Below, piece after piece: positions 49,898 through 61,640 of a stretch of 64,000 nt of DNA. Source of the DNA: Vairimorpha necatrix (taxonomy: Eukaryota); contig CP142727.1 of NCBI GenBank assembly GCA_036630325.1, forward strand, positions 620,001 to 684,000. Reading direction: 5' to 3'. The position numbers and the translations under genes are program-made. Each line of letters starts with the position of its first letter. The first letter of the stretch is position 1. The notes under the pieces are model-generated. The model had not been told where the DNA came from. It saw only the letters and a program-made list of their open reading frames with translations, and did no database searches.

Positions 49898-52800
49898 TGT
49901 AGGGTTTAGAACCCTTAATAAATAAATGGTTAACATGGCGAACACAAGGATGAACAGGGAAACAAGAGAGTCCCGTAGTCAAGAGGCTAGAACATTAGAG
50001 AAAGAGGCAATTAGGATAGATAAGAGACTAAAGTTAATATTGAAAGTTGAGAAAGTTGAGTGGAAAGATGTTATGGATTTGGCATCTGCGAACTTGCAGG
50101 ATTATATTTTTGAAAATTTTTGTGACGGAAGGAGCAGTTGGGAGGAAATTTATAAAGGCTTACAAAAAGGAGCAGAATTTGAGAGAGAGTCAGAAGAAAG
50201 ACAAGAAATGATTAAAGAGATTATGGATAAAGTGTTGAAAGAGTTTAGGGAAGAAAGAAAAGAAAATCTTAGGATGTATAGGAAAAGAAGAGAAATCAGA
50301 GAAACTACAAAATGTTTTATATGTAAGAAAGAAGGGCATTACGCTAGAGAATGTTATGAAAGTGTAGCTGGTAGGGAAAAATATAAAATTAAAAAGGAAC
50401 AAGTTTTACAGAAAGAACCAATTATCAACAATGAAGGGAAAAGATGTAAAACAGTAAATAAGTTAGAAAATTTAATTGAAAAGTATCCGGAAGTTTTTAA
50501 AGAATCAGAAGAAAAGATAAAATATCTCACAGGAGAGAAGTGTCCAATAAATACTAAGCAAGGTGAAAAGGTTGTGAAAAGAGGGCAGAATGTGCCATAC
50601 TACCTTAGGGTGAAATTTGAGGAGTACTTGAATAAGTTGGAAAATAGAGGGGTTATAAGACGTTCCAAAAGTGAGTGGAGGAGTCCAATAAGAGCACTTG
50701 AAAAACCAAATGGGGACGTAAGATTGGTAAGCAATTTGATGGCGTTAAACGATTTGGTTGACAAGGACCCGTACTCACTACCGTTAATTAAGGATATTAT
50801 GAGAGCCACACAGGGGTCAAAAGTATTTACGGTTATCGACTTAAAAGAAGGGTTTTATCATATTGAGATTGAGGAGCACCATAAGCACAAAACAGCATTT
50901 GAAGTGAATGGTCGAGTATACGAATGGAATAGTATGGTTATGGGGTTTAAGAATTCGCCTCATATAATGCAGAGAGTAATGGACAGAGTTTTAGATGAAT
51001 TCAGAGGTAAAGGCGTGGAAGTATATATGGATGATATAGTTATTCATGGTAAAGACGTAAGAGTGCATGACGAGTTACTAGAGAGGGTAATTAAAAAGTT
51101 TAAAGAGTGTGGGTTGAGAATAAACCAAACAAAGATACAATACAAAAAAGATGAGGTGATGTTGCTGGGAGTAACAATTAATGGGGAGGTCATGGGACCG
51201 AATGAGATTAAAAAGCAGGAGACATTGGAATATAGAAAACCTGAGAATGTTAGAGAGTTAAGAAGATTTTTAGGACTAACTGGTTGGTTTAGAGACTTTA
51301 TTCCCAACTATGCGTATAGAACAGTAAGGCTTACTGAGGCTTTAAAGAAAGATGTTAAGTGGAATTGGACGGAGGATATGGATAGAGCTTTTGAGGATAT
51401 GAAGCAAGGCTTGAGAGATATGAAAAAGTTGAAGATTCCGGACGGAAAAAAAGCTATTTAGAGTAAGAACTGATGCGTGTGATACGGGGATCGGAGCAAT
51501 TCTATTACAAGAAAATAAAGAGGGTGAGTGGATTCCGATACAATGGGCATCGAAAATGTTGACTCCTATCGAGCGAAGATATACGATAAGTGAGAAGGAG
51601 ATGTTGGCGGTGTTTTTTGGAATAAAGAAGTTTGAAAGTGATTTGAGAGGAAGGAAATTTCATTTGATGACGGATCATAAAGCATTAGCAGAGATCAGAA
51701 ATAAGCCATACTTCAATAATAACAGAATAAACAGATGGGTAGAACAGATACAAGAGTTTGACTTTACAATAGAGTATGTGAAAGGGGAGTTGATGACAGA
51801 TGCAGATGCGTTAAGTAGGCAGTATGATCAGGTAGAAGTTTCGGATGAACAAAAAGAAAAGGACAACAAGAGAAAAGAAGTGATCGAAAAACAAATTTTG
51901 GGAAAAAAGCAGAAACATATTAAATAAAAGGACGGTAAACAGTATTGGGAATTTTCCACAGGTGAGGTGAAAGAGATATTGAGCCTAGATAGTAGAGAAC
52001 ATGAAATAACAAGAGTACATGAGGAGTTAAACCATAGAGGTGTCAAAGGCACTTATTATAACATTAAACAAAGATGGTATTGGCCTGGTATGAAAGATCA
52101 TATTAATAAGGTAATTAAGAATTGTGAAATATGTGGGATTAACAATAGGAAAAACACAGGAGGATGTGATTTCGTAGTAACTAGAAAGAAATTGGAGAAA
52201 GTGGCGTTGGATTTAATGGACATAGGTGGAGAGAATAGGTATGTGTTACTGGGTATTGATTACTTTACTAGAAGGTTGTGGGGTTCGAATTTGAGATGTA
52301 AAGAGAGTAGTGAAGTTATAGAGGTATTACAAAAGTGGATAAAGGAAGATGGATTTCCAGAGGAATATGTGACAGACAACGGAAAAGAGTTTGTAAGTAA
52401 TAGATTTAAAGAATGGTGTAGTATTAATGATATTAAACATAGGAAAGTGGGCTTAGAAGCTCATAGGAGTAATGGTAGAATCGAGAGATGCATCAGAACT
52501 ATAAGAGAGACATTGATAAAGCAAAATGATGGGAATATTTCTGAAAAGATAGAAAGAGCAATCAAAGGATATAATAATACACTACATACAGCAATAAAAT
52601 GTACGCCGATGGAAGCGTGGAGAGATCAAACTGCTGAAGTTATAATTGAAAATGATGAAAATGGAAAATATGCTGGTCGGTTCAAGAGAAGACACAGAGA
52701 GACATTTACAGTAGGCCAAGAGGTAAGAATCGCTAGGAGAGAAAATTTAGGTACACGTGCGAAAACAGACAAGGGAAGATTCACGGGTCGCGGAAGGATC

Positions 52801-52973
52801 GTAGCTATAAGTGAAAATGATTCATATATTGTGAGACTACTGGATGGTAAAATTGTTAAAAAGAGGCATTATGATTTGAAAGAGATAAGGAAGAGTTGTT
52901 TAGAAGATGGAGAGACTACCCGTCTGGAGGGGGGATGTAGGGTTTAGAACCCTTAATAAATAAATGGTTAACA
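49898..52973 (+). mobile_element. Ty3/Gypsy LTR retrotransposon, 3076 bp, identical 38-bp LTRs (49898-49935, 52936-52973)
   Basis: TG...CA LTRs, TSD TATAT, PBS TGGCG, PPT GGAGGGGGGA; CFICKKEGHYAREC, YMDD RT, TDACDTG RNase H, HHCC and DDE integrase; only two lesions (A7 run 51446-51452, TAA 51925-51927). Confidence 0.96.
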
Positions 52974-53990
52974 TATATTATAATGTAGAAATTTACAAAT
53001 TGGTGTAATATGATTTGTATATGCAATAAAATGGTTTTCATGATTATTGTTCATTGATTTATCATTATTAATATATATATATATATTGATCGATTACATT
53101 TGTTTACTATTATATCAAATATAAGCTAAAGCATTTTATATAATTAATTAATACAACTTTTAAAAGCATTATTTTATATAAACATTCTAATAATTGTCAT
53201 TTCAAATATTTATGAATATTTTATTGGTGAATTTAATCAGACAACATCCATGACACAAAAAATTACATAAAAAAATATATTATTGATGTATTTTCATAAA
53301 ATTCATTTGTTTTGGTAAATAATCAAAACGTGTCAAATATTTTGATGTTTTATTAATTATGCGTCATAAAATATAAAAATGTGTAATATTTATACAAAGA
53401 ATTCGCATTTATATGGTAATTTATGATTCATGTTGCTTTAAAAATATTCCAGAGTTTTGAAAGAAATATGGAATATAACTGCTAACTTTACGTTCTTTCT
53501 AAAAAAAACTAAAAAATAAATATAAATAAAATGTTTGGCTGTATTGGAATACATAATCCTTAGTATTAACTCAACAAGAAATGGATTTTTATTAAAAAAG
53601 TAAACTAATAAATTAATAATTAATATGTACATTCTTACTGTATAATTTACAAAAAAATCAAACTTGCTCAATAAATTTTATCAATAACAACTTTAACTTG
53701 TACAGTATTTATTTTACAATTGAGGTCATATTAGTAACCACTATAAATACCATTTTTTAGATTTTCCCTCCTTCAAATCGAAATAAATTAAAGCAGTGTG
53801 ATAAAATTAGTAAAAAATTAATTTTATTATTCTTAAAATTTCTTGACAATGCAATTAATGCTATTAATTTTTCTTCTATTTGCGACATTTTTTAGTTTAC
53901 ACAAATCAAGTCTTTTATAACTATAAGATCTTGGATAAATCCTAAATTAGTTCTAAATAATATTTTTGGCTGATAAGTATAGATTTTTTG

Positions 53991-54120
53991 GGCATAAGTA
54001 AACATTAGCTACAAAAAAATCGATATAGGTTTTTTTTTGTCTTTTTTGCCCCTTTTTTTTCAAAAACAGAAGAAAGAAAATGTTAGGAAAAAAACAAAAA
54101 TAGAAAAAATTAAATAAATA
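53991..54120. mobile_element. Orphan TIR of the 45565/61898 Merlin family
   Basis: GGCATAAGTAAACATTAGCTACAAAAAAATCGATATAGG...GCCCCTTTT matches those TIRs. Confidence 0.75.
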
Positions 54121-54349
54121 ATTATGACAACATACGGTAAAAAAATATATAAAAGCTTCATATACTATATCAACGTTCTGGGCAAAAATCAGCATTTTTG
54201 TAAAAAAAAACTAGGGGTCAAAATTTTTAAAAAGTAGCCCCCTTTTTAAAAAAGGAACGTAATGATGATTAATAAAGAGAATGAAGATTTTTACGAACGT
54301 CTGCTAAACAAGAAATATAAGCAGAAAAGTAAAATATGTCCTTGGTATA

Positions 54350-54667
54350 TGTGGTATTATTTACCACATTATTTTATTTTTATTTATTTCCCTCCAAATG
54401 AATTTTCTAGAAAATATTTTGCTATAAATATTTTCTTTTTACTTTACCAAAAATTTTTGGAAGATGAGAAGAACTGGAAACAAAGACAGATACAGTGACA
54501 TCGGAAAGGCCTCTCATACCTTACCCCCTCACATGAGAAACCAATCTAGCCCACAATGGAAATACAATAAACACAATTTAAATAAAAATATACTTAATAG
54601 TATTGCAGGGAGGAGCATCATCGAATGCTACTTACAAACAGGACACCTCCCTGGTGGTAACACCACA
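54350..54667 (+). mobile_element. Solo LTR of the 311-bp LTR family
   Basis: TGTGG...CCACA termini, colinear with 3690-4000, TSD GTATA. Confidence 0.92.
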
Positions 54668-54929
54668 GTATACAAATATAGTTTTTAACGAAACTAGTTA
54701 CTTGAGGTGTAAAGCAGAAAAGTACAGACATAAATTTCAGTTTGGAATAATTCATTATATGAAAACACTAGACTAGATCATTATCTGATTTAAAAATAAT
54801 AAATTGTGGATAATGGGAATTAAAGTGTTACATAAATCAAGAATTTTGGGATGTAATGTACAAAATGTAAGTTACACTTGCAAAAATTATGCAATTTAAA
54901 TATTTATAAGAGGTATTTAAATAATAGAA

Positions 54930-55390
54930 GCAGATAGGAGGCTAAGATGTCGTAGTATAGAATGTTGAGAGTAAAATTTGAAAAAATAGATATAATTGGG
55001 GAAAACTTGTTAAGAAAGGGGTTGGTGTTTTTTATAGGGATGGTAGAAAGAATCGAATTAAAGAATATAGTTTTTATAATCAGCTTAAAACACAAGGGCA
55101 TATTGCTTCCAATCATTCTTAAGTAATTGGTTTTAATCCGTCATCCTTTCGAATATTCGGAAGGTATATAACATTAAAACATCATTATGTGGTGTATAGA
55201 ACTGTGGATCCTAGTCAAGCATTTACAGACTCAAATACAGGTGTCCATACAAATACCATCAAGGGATTTGAAGGTCTTTTTAATCCTCTGTACACAATTG
55301 AGTTTTCACGAATGAAATTGCTAAAATTTAATTAACTCTTTATATGATAAAATTATAAGAGTCAATACACCTTCAAAGCATTATTAAAAT
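54930..55390 (+). pseudogene. Merlin transposase remnant
   Basis: FFIGMVER and TGVHTNTI remnants. Confidence 0.6.
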
Positions 55391-55959
55391 TTGTTTTTGA
55401 TATTTTTTAGTTATCAATGTCTGACGACGAAACAACGCTGACAATAAGAATCACTAAATGTGAGTGATTTCTATTCAATATATATGTGAAGATTGATGAG
55501 ATTGACAAGGATTGATTAATATTGAACATAAGCATATAGAGAATTACTTCTACTTCTGCAATTTACTCTTTTCAGGGAATACGTCGAAATGGTATTCCAA
55601 ATATTTCTTATTTATTTATTTTCCAGCCCTACTCTTCATCATAAGTCTAAAACACAATTCAAATAAATCTATGAATGATACTCCGTCTTCTATTTCAGAA
55701 CCCCGTGCCAAGCACACTTAATGTATATCTACACAATTTACATATTTATTACATTATAGACGTTTCTGAAGTCTTTTTTAATTTTTTTTAAATTGGCAAT
55801 TTGTACAATTTTGATCCTTTTTTTTTCTACACCAATGCTGATATAGCCTTTTGGCCTAATATTTATTTATGTGAAATTGATAATTTTTATTTTTAGACAA
55901 AAAGCTAAAATTTAACAATTCTTCTTAGTAAATACGCGATTATGTAGTTATATTAAATG

Positions 55960-56560
55960 AATAGTAAAAAGCTTATACATTTTGATAATGGTCGTGTGGA
56001 AATAAAAGTATGGCAAGGATATACTAATCTTAAGGAGATTCATAATAAGCCTGACATTCTTGTGTTTGACAAGAAGAAAGAAATTTTGATAGTTGATGTT
56101 GGTATAAGGATCAGGGAACAACTTACTTACTATAGTCGAGAATAAAAAACTATAAAAATATGCCCTTCTTACAGATGAAACGGGACTAATACATAAACCC
56201 CCACAAAAATAGTTCCGTTTTTAATGACATAGGATGTAGCGGCGACCAAATACCACAGAAAGTACATCGGAGAGTTATAATTCCAACCTTACCTTGAAGC
56301 ATAAATCCATTTTATTGTGCTGAAGAAGACTCTAGAGACCATATCCTTAGATCGGCGTTATGAAACGTTAAGGAGGATGCAGGAGAGGAAGAAGTCCCCG
56401 ACATGTCGGCGCAAGAAAATATGGCGACTGTTAAAGAAGTGATGTTGTTGAAAGATCGTGGAACTGAAAAATCTGGATAGAAAAATGAAAATAATGTCAC
56501 AGAGACTATAGTCTGTAAAGAGATGAATCTAATGAGTGATACCAGGGCAAGAAGATGTGT
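55960..56560 (+). pseudogene. RLE non-LTR retrotransposon 3' remnant
   Basis: HNKPDILVFDKKKEILIVDVG...LKKTLET; 3' end similar to 14700-14860. Confidence 0.75.
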
Positions 56561-57077
56561 TGTAAACGTTAAAAATATATGAAAATAAACTCATTAAATT
56601 AATTCTGTTTTTTAATATTCGCTGAGATAATATACAGACAAGAATCATCGTAATGACTTGGAAAGACTGACGATAGTCAGTTGGCAAATTAGTAAGCTTT
56701 TTCTGGATCGCAAGAAGAAAGAAGATTGCAGAATTCGATTCTAGAGGTAGAAGAACAGTTACAAGGAAAATCTAAAGATATTGTTTTTTTTGCATTTTTA
56801 AATTACATATTATGGCTAAATAATTTAAACAAACTATCTTTTTAATTTTATTAAACATTTGTTTAAAGCAGTCTGCTTTGTTTGATGGCGCGTTGATGTG
56901 TCATCAATGAAACGTTTGACAGTAGATGGTTCTGACATTTGGCGGCGTGGTGTAGGAATTTATCATATCCATAATTACAAAAAAGATGACAACACATCGG
57001 TCTGACGTTAAAAGTCCAATATATGTTGTTACATTTATAAATTTAAAAATTAAATTAATTGTACCCTTTTATTAACT

Positions 57078-57899
57078 ATGACGATAGAGAATACCAAAGA
57101 AAACAAGAAACAGCTTAAAGAGCTGTTTTTATGTTATTACCCCAGCTTGGATAATCATAAGATAATGCAGTTATCTTATGATATCCTAAGTAAGGAATGT
57201 AACGTGTCGCAAACAAATCTGCACAATTTCTTGGAAGCGGCCATAAGTGAATATAATGATATTCCTTATCATAATGCTACCCATGGGTTCAATGCATTAT
57301 ATAATGGGAATATCTTATTGAAACTTATGAATAAACCAAATAATGAACGACAGGTCAAGTTTATTTTCTTAGCCTGTTGCTTATTGCACGATATAGGCCA
57401 TCCGGGTGTTATTTGTTGTGGACACGAAAAAATTGATTTAGAGAATCATCATGCAGAACTCATAAAAAAGCTGTTATCGAAATTTTTGCCAGAGTACGTG
57501 ACAGAAGTTAATATAAAGTTAATTACGGAGTTGATTTAATCTACGAATTTGAATTTGCATAGTGAGCTGTTAAATACATTTAAATACAAATATTTAGACC
57601 CCAAATTTAAAAATAACATAGAACAAAATTCAATCGATTTAACAATGCTAATTAAAATTTCAGATATTGGAGCATCGTACAAAAAATTTGATGATTTCAT
57701 GTGTGGAAGTAAAAAGCTTGAGGAAGAAATGTTTGGTAAAAATACTAAATATACCAGTAAAAGACTTGAAAAGGATGAATGCTTTTTGATAAATTATTCC
57801 TTGCCACTAGCAGAAGTGTTTTCTACAGTTTTTACAGATTTTAAATTTTTACATGAAAAAGCCATTGAAAATCTAAGAAAAATAAAAAAAATACAATAA
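57078..57899 (+). pseudogene. Class I 3',5'-cyclic nucleotide phosphodiesterase catalytic domain with in-frame TAA (57537-57539)
   Basis: PYHNATHG, LLHDIGHPG, LENHH and LIKISDI motifs; the two ORFs are in the same frame. Confidence 0.85.
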
Positions 57900-58139
57900 A
57901 AAATATTATTTAAAAAAATAAAGTTCTTTGTTCCTATTAATACATTTTTTGAATCATTTTTCTGGTGTTTTCCGTTGTAGGGATGTAAAAGCTGCTTAAA
58001 ACTTTAGAAAAAAAAATCATAAAGAGACTGCTTATAAATAATCACTGATTGTTTATTATAATCTATGGATTATACGAAATATCACGCAAATAAATAGTTT
58101 TCTGAATAAATTCCCTAGCTTCAATTTAGATATTTATAG

Positions 58140-59130
58140 CAGAACTTGTCTTGGTACTGCTCGGGATTTTCAGTTTTTTAAAGATAATGGTTTTTCAAAA
58201 TTATTTTTTTTTCAACTCAGATTTTTCAGCAAAATTCTTCTTAAACGACATTATGTCTTTAACAGTCGCCTATTTGTTAGTACGCTTTCAGCTCTAGCCA
58301 TTTATTCCCATCCTGTATATTCTTAAAGTATCCTTGTTGCGCTCGAAAGAGTTGGACTTTAAAGTTTTCTCTAGTACAACAGAGTTTTTTATTTATGTAA
58401 TTCTTGTCCTCCATTTCCTTACATCTCTTAAAAATTGGGATAATAAAAATATCAACAGAGTGGATGTACGCTTTAAGGCAGGGTTGTATTTTAAGCTCCC
58501 CGATGTACATTCTGTGATATTCGTCTCCACTCAATCTCGCGTCATTACTAAATATTAATCTTGTGAATGATTTATCTATTCGTCCCGAATAATTTGCAAG
58601 AAGGTCAATTCCTTAGTTTTAATTCGCGGCTATGTTATTCGCCCCTGTTGGTATTAAATTTTTATATGAGGATAATGTCTTCTTTTTGTCAAATACAAGA
58701 ATGTCAGGCGTATTATGGGCCGCTTTTGTATAATTGGATATCTTCCATCCACTCTTATTTACGCACGATTATTTTCCATGATCTCTTTACTTAGTGTCAA
58801 CGTATTGTATTATTCTTTTTAACCCGAAGTAATTTCATATAAGAGTTCGATGCATCTAGCCGCCTCGTTTTGTCTTTTCATGTAATCAACCCCAACATTC
58901 GATCACACTTGGTAGCTAATGAACAAGGTCTTTCTGTGAGATTTGAATGAAGACATTGTTTCTCTTGTCAAAAAAAATTTCTATTTTGGGGGAAGCAGTA
59001 AATTGCTTCGAACCCAGTCTGATTGTTTGGTTTGTTCAGAAAATAGGCGAACCTGATGCTTACTAATTATTTTGCCTGCTTTAAACTACATTTCATGGTT
59101 TGTCATATTGTTAATTTCGTTTTAAATTGT
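58140..59130 (-). pseudogene. RLE non-LTR retrotransposon 3' remnant
   Basis: LATKCDRMLG..YMKR and NTPDILVFDK remnants; homologous to 14030-14860. Confidence 0.75.
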
Positions 59131-60244
59131 CTCTTAAAAAAATTGGTATTTTTTAAACTTATATAATGATTTATCTTAGAAATTTGTTTTTATGGGCATT
59201 TTGATTTGGGTTCTGTAATATTATATACCACATTTTTCGCGTCCTTCAAGTATAATATTTCCCCCAAATATATTATCTTTTTTCTATTTACTTTTCAAAA
59301 GATAAACTCAATCTCTTCTTGCAGTTCATAAAGTTCCTCTTATAATTCACATGTTACACTCTCAAATACCTCTCGCCGACCAGTACCAAGACCATCTCAA
59401 ACTGAAATACTTGGCTTTTATAAAGTAAATTTAAGACCTAGTGTCTGTAAATATGTTTCCGTAAAATTTTAAGGGAAAAGAAGATATTTTAAATGTGTAT
59501 CTAACTTTTTTTTAACCTACAATGTTCAAAATAGTTGTCTGAATTTAGACAAATTCTGGAATGTCAGAGAAAGTAGACACATATACTTTATGTCAACACA
59601 CATAAATATTCACTACGCAAGGTATTTGACAAAGGAAAAATAAAACCTAAAATTGAGCATTATTACTACTTCTTAAAGCCCGTAGGGCAGTTTAATAATA
59701 CCAATGACGATTTATGAGGAGGCATTCGAATTTTTTGAGTAAAAGCTTTATATCCCACTTTACATTAAAATTGTCCTGTACCAAGGAGATACAAAAATCT
59801 CGACGTATTAGTAAGTAAATTATAATAACATCATTGAATGCAACGCCTGTATATTATCAATCGTAAATGGTAACAGTTCGTTGAAAGCGTCATTTTCTTC
59901 GAAAACAGTCGTTATATGTTTTTATAACGTCATTTAACATTTGAATGCTCCAAAACCACCCCAAAGAGGTATTGGTCGAAACGCATTTTGTATAAACGTC
60001 ATAAGAAAAAAGTCACTAAAAAATACCCCGGATTCAGACTATACATAAATGGAAGGTCTACGGAAAGCTCCAAAAAATAGAAAAAAATGTAGAAGATAAG
60101 GTAACAGGACATTTACACCTAGGACGAGGACACAAAATACTTTTAAAAGAAGGTTATAGCTTGTAAACAATGTACGCTCGGTTTTAATGATCGAAGGAAT
60201 AATCTTGTGATTATGCACGGGCTTGTTCAATTTATATTCATTCC

Positions 60245-60430
60245 TAATGTTTTTGCTTTTTATGATGCAGTTGGATCAACTCAGACGATTAAATAAATTG
60301 TGTGCGTCCAGCCATGAGGGATTTGTCACCATGTGAAAACCACAATTTGGGACCGCAAAAATTTTCTGTTGTGTTGACTTAGCGATATATACAGAATATG
60401 GTGGTACGCTCTAGACGGATCTGTTACTAA
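60245..60430 (+). repeat. SINE 5'-body fragment
   Basis: TATGATGCAGTTGGATCAACTCAGA and TTGTGTGCGTCCAGCCA match 60949-61033. Confidence 0.6.
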
Positions 60431-60859
60431 TGCAGACCGTAGTTAATTTAAAAAAAAGACGAAGTAAAAACTTAGAATAACTCGCAAAAGATTCATATTT
60501 ATTCTAGAATATTTTTTTTAAAACTGAAACAAACCTGTGGTCAACACCTCTAAGAAAGGTCTGGCTGAATCTCACGTGTAATAAGCTGTGTATAGGTTTA
60601 AGACGATTAGTAAGACATTTGGAGCTGAAACACTTTCTTTATTAAAGCGAAACTCCTAATCTCCGTTATTATAGTTGCTGTTAAATCATCCTTGGCCCAG
60701 ATTATGAATAAATAAGAAAATGCATCTTGGAACAAAGTCAAACTGATACGACATATATGGTCACTCAAATTAAAGTAGAAACACTTATGTAGAATAGAAC
60801 TATGCAATGTTGGAAGTGAGATCCATCAGATGATTTTGTATAGTTTAACTACCTCTAAC

Positions 60860-61640
60860 GGAGCCCTTAGCCCAGTGGTAGAAGGCGATTCTTCTATTGA
60901 GCAACAGCTAAATTCGATTCTCAAGGGCACCAAATTGTTTCTACTTTCTATGATGCAGTTGGAACAACTCAGATGATGAAAATGTCTACGATAATCATTA
61001 AGTTGATTCAATAAAACTTTTGTGTGTCCAGCCACAAGGGAATTATCATCTAGTGTAGAAACGCACCTCAAGGCCAAAGCAGTATTACCCTTGCGACTTA
61101 ATGATTTATAAAAGTATCTAATGGGTACGGTCTAGTTGGAGCCCATGGATGGTGCACTCTAAAGTCCGTTCCTAGAGCTAACTAAGAGACTAGAGTAAGT
61201 AGGGCAATAGAAGATCTCGTGAACACTATCCTACAAGATTCGTATCAAGATGGCCACACTAGTTGGAGACTGGTGGTCAACGCAGCCCAATAAAATGCCG
61301 GGCTGGGGATGTGGTCGTGTAAGGAGCCGTGTGTGCAATACAAATGATTGTAGGGACCTTTGAGTCAGTACGATGATTTCTCTTTTCGAGTTATAGATAA
61401 CCATGCTCGTTAAGTATATCCGCTGTGAGGTCACTCTGGGCGTGATTTTAGGTATAAATGATAAATGTTCTCCTGAAGCCAAAGTCCAATGGATACGGCG
61501 GAACTTGCTGCCCGGCAAGCTGTATAGAGGGAGTTTTAGTGAGTAAAAATTTAAAAGTACCAGCTGGATGAGGATCACACCCAAAACCCCCTGGTCCCTA
61601 TGTAAGGTTTCTCCCTACCTCTTACTTGCAAGAAAAAAAA
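60860..61640 (+). mobile_element. Full-length tRNA-derived SINE (~780 bp)
   Basis: tRNA-like head 60860-60932 (A-box TAGCCCAGTGG, degenerate B-box ATTCGATTC, acceptor-like GGAGCCC/GGGCACC), A-tail, 13-bp TSD AACTACCT(C/T)TAAC. Confidence 0.9.

Noticed and set aside
49900-49915. Telomere-like TAGGGTT...AACCCT in the LTR
   Set aside because: Single unit forming a 6-bp hairpin, not a tandem array
51446-51452. Programmed ribosomal frameshift in the 38-bp-LTR element
   Set aside because: Lies at the RT/RNase H boundary rather than gag/pol; one extra A in a homopolymer is better explained by mutation or read error
60860-60932. tRNA genes at the SINE heads (also 2045-2116 and 2131-2215)
   Set aside because: Anticodon and T arms do not pair properly, and the heads are fused to, or abut, a repeated body with A-tail and TSD
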